Shown here one piece after another: positions 63,254 to 64,000 of a stretch of 64,000 nucleotides of DNA (the first letter of the stretch is position 1; the number at the start of each line of letters is the position of its first letter). The DNA lies in assembly GCA_963767925.1 (NCBI GenBank), contig CAVYGB010000002.1:1344001-1408000 (forward strand). Reading direction: 5' to 3'. The DNA is from an uncultured delta proteobacterium (GTDB taxonomy: Bacteria > Myxococcota_A > Polyangia > Fen-1088). Made by a program: the position numbers and the translations under genes. The notes beneath the pieces are model-generated. The model was not told the DNA's origin, did no database searches, and saw nothing but the letters and a program-made list of their open reading frames with translations.

Positions 63254-63619
63254 TCAGCGGCGGCGCTTGCCGAGCTGGGCGGTGTAGGCCACCTCGTCGA
63301 ACCCCACCAGCACCGCCCCCCCGGCGTCGAGGATGGGGCGCTTGATCAGCTTGCCGTCGAGGGCCAGGGCGGCCAGGGCCTGCGACTCGGTCATGCCGGC
63401 CATGCGGTCCTTGTAGCCCCCGGCCCGGTAGCTCTCGCCCGAGGTGTTGAACAGCCTGGCCACCGGCAGCTTCGAGCGGCGGTGCAGATCGCGCAGCTCG
63501 GCCAGCGAGGGGGGGCTGGCCACGAGATCGATCTTCTCGTATTCGATGCCGTGCTCATCGAGCCACTTGAGCGCCTTCCGGCAGGTGCTGCACTTCGGAT
63601 ACTGGTAGACCCTCGCCAT
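63254..63619 (-). CDS. ArsC/Spx-family protein
   Basis: YPKCSTCRKA, FNTSG, LIKRP, VGF. Confidence 0.9.
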   Translation of the reverse strand: MARVYQYPKCSTCRKALKWLDEHGIEYEKIDLVASPPSLAELRDLHRRSKLPVARLFNTSGESYRAGGYKDRMAGMTESQALAALALDGKLIKRPILDAGGAVLVGFDEVAYTAQLGKRRR

Positions 63620-63702
63620 GGCGGCGGCATCTTGACATGGCCCGCCCGGAGCGCCCGTTACAGGCGCCGCGGGCGCCTGGCCGATCAGGTCGAGGGAGCT
63701 GG

Positions 63703-64000
63703 CTATTTCGGCTCGACCCGGCGCAGGCGGCTGAAGAAGGCGCGCAGCAGGCCGGCGCTCTCGGCGGCGAGGACGCCGGGGACCACCTCGACCCTGTGGT
63801 TGAGGCGGGGGTCGTCGAGCAGGCGGTACAGGGTGCGGGCGGCGCCGGCCTTGGGGTCGTCGCATCCGTAGATCACCCGCTGCAGGCGGGCGTTGACGAT
63901 CGCACCGGCGCACATCGGACAGGGCTCCATCGTGACGTACAGGTCGGCGCCGATCAGGCGCCAGCTCCCCCGGGCGGCGGCCGCCCGGCGCAGGGCCACC
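63703..64000 (-). CDS. tadA: tRNA adenosine deaminase (5' partial)
   Basis: WRL...LYVTMEPCPMCAGA, DPKAGA, LNH. Confidence 0.92.
   Translation of the reverse strand, partial: VALRRAAAARGSWRLIGADLYVTMEPCPMCAGAIVNARLQRVIYGCDDPKAGAARTLYRLLDDPRLNHRVEVVPGVLAAESAGLLRAFFSRLRRVEPK

Overview
High-GC bacterial chromosome window containing the replication origin. Gene content (Cys-rich lipoproteins, zinc-ribbon/TPR and PEGA proteins, DUF1844, DnaA GGKDHSTV motif) suggests Myxococcota (inference). Left to right: gyrB-recF-dnaN-[oriC]-dnaA (minus), rpmH-rnpA-yidD-yidC-hyp-trmB (plus), Cys-rich lipoprotein, uvrB, thiE, PhoB-like regulator, pyruvate carboxylase, TlyA/THUMP-methyltransferase fusion, GT-C-like membrane protein, a ClpB cassette divergent from a MoxR-DUF58-Bat operon plus aminotransferase, sigma54 regulator, astA, deacetylase, ssb, Slt, a PqqD-like/membrane-fusion hybrid, malQ, ABC transporter, amidase, TauE, ArsC and partial tadA. 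Many conserved genes have 1-nt indels that are probably assembly errors, so their coordinates span the reconstructed gene. No rRNA, tRNA, CRISPR or transposase was seen. The most unusual non-coding feature is a ~45-bp REP-like hairpin/G-quadruplex element at six gene 3' ends, expanded into locus-specific tandem arrays at four of them. Other leads are the PqqD-like-MFP protein, the double methyltransferase fusion, a lysine-less aminotransferase, a candidate LexA box and a hairpin-leader small membrane ORF. All family calls come from motif recognition by eye, not database searches.
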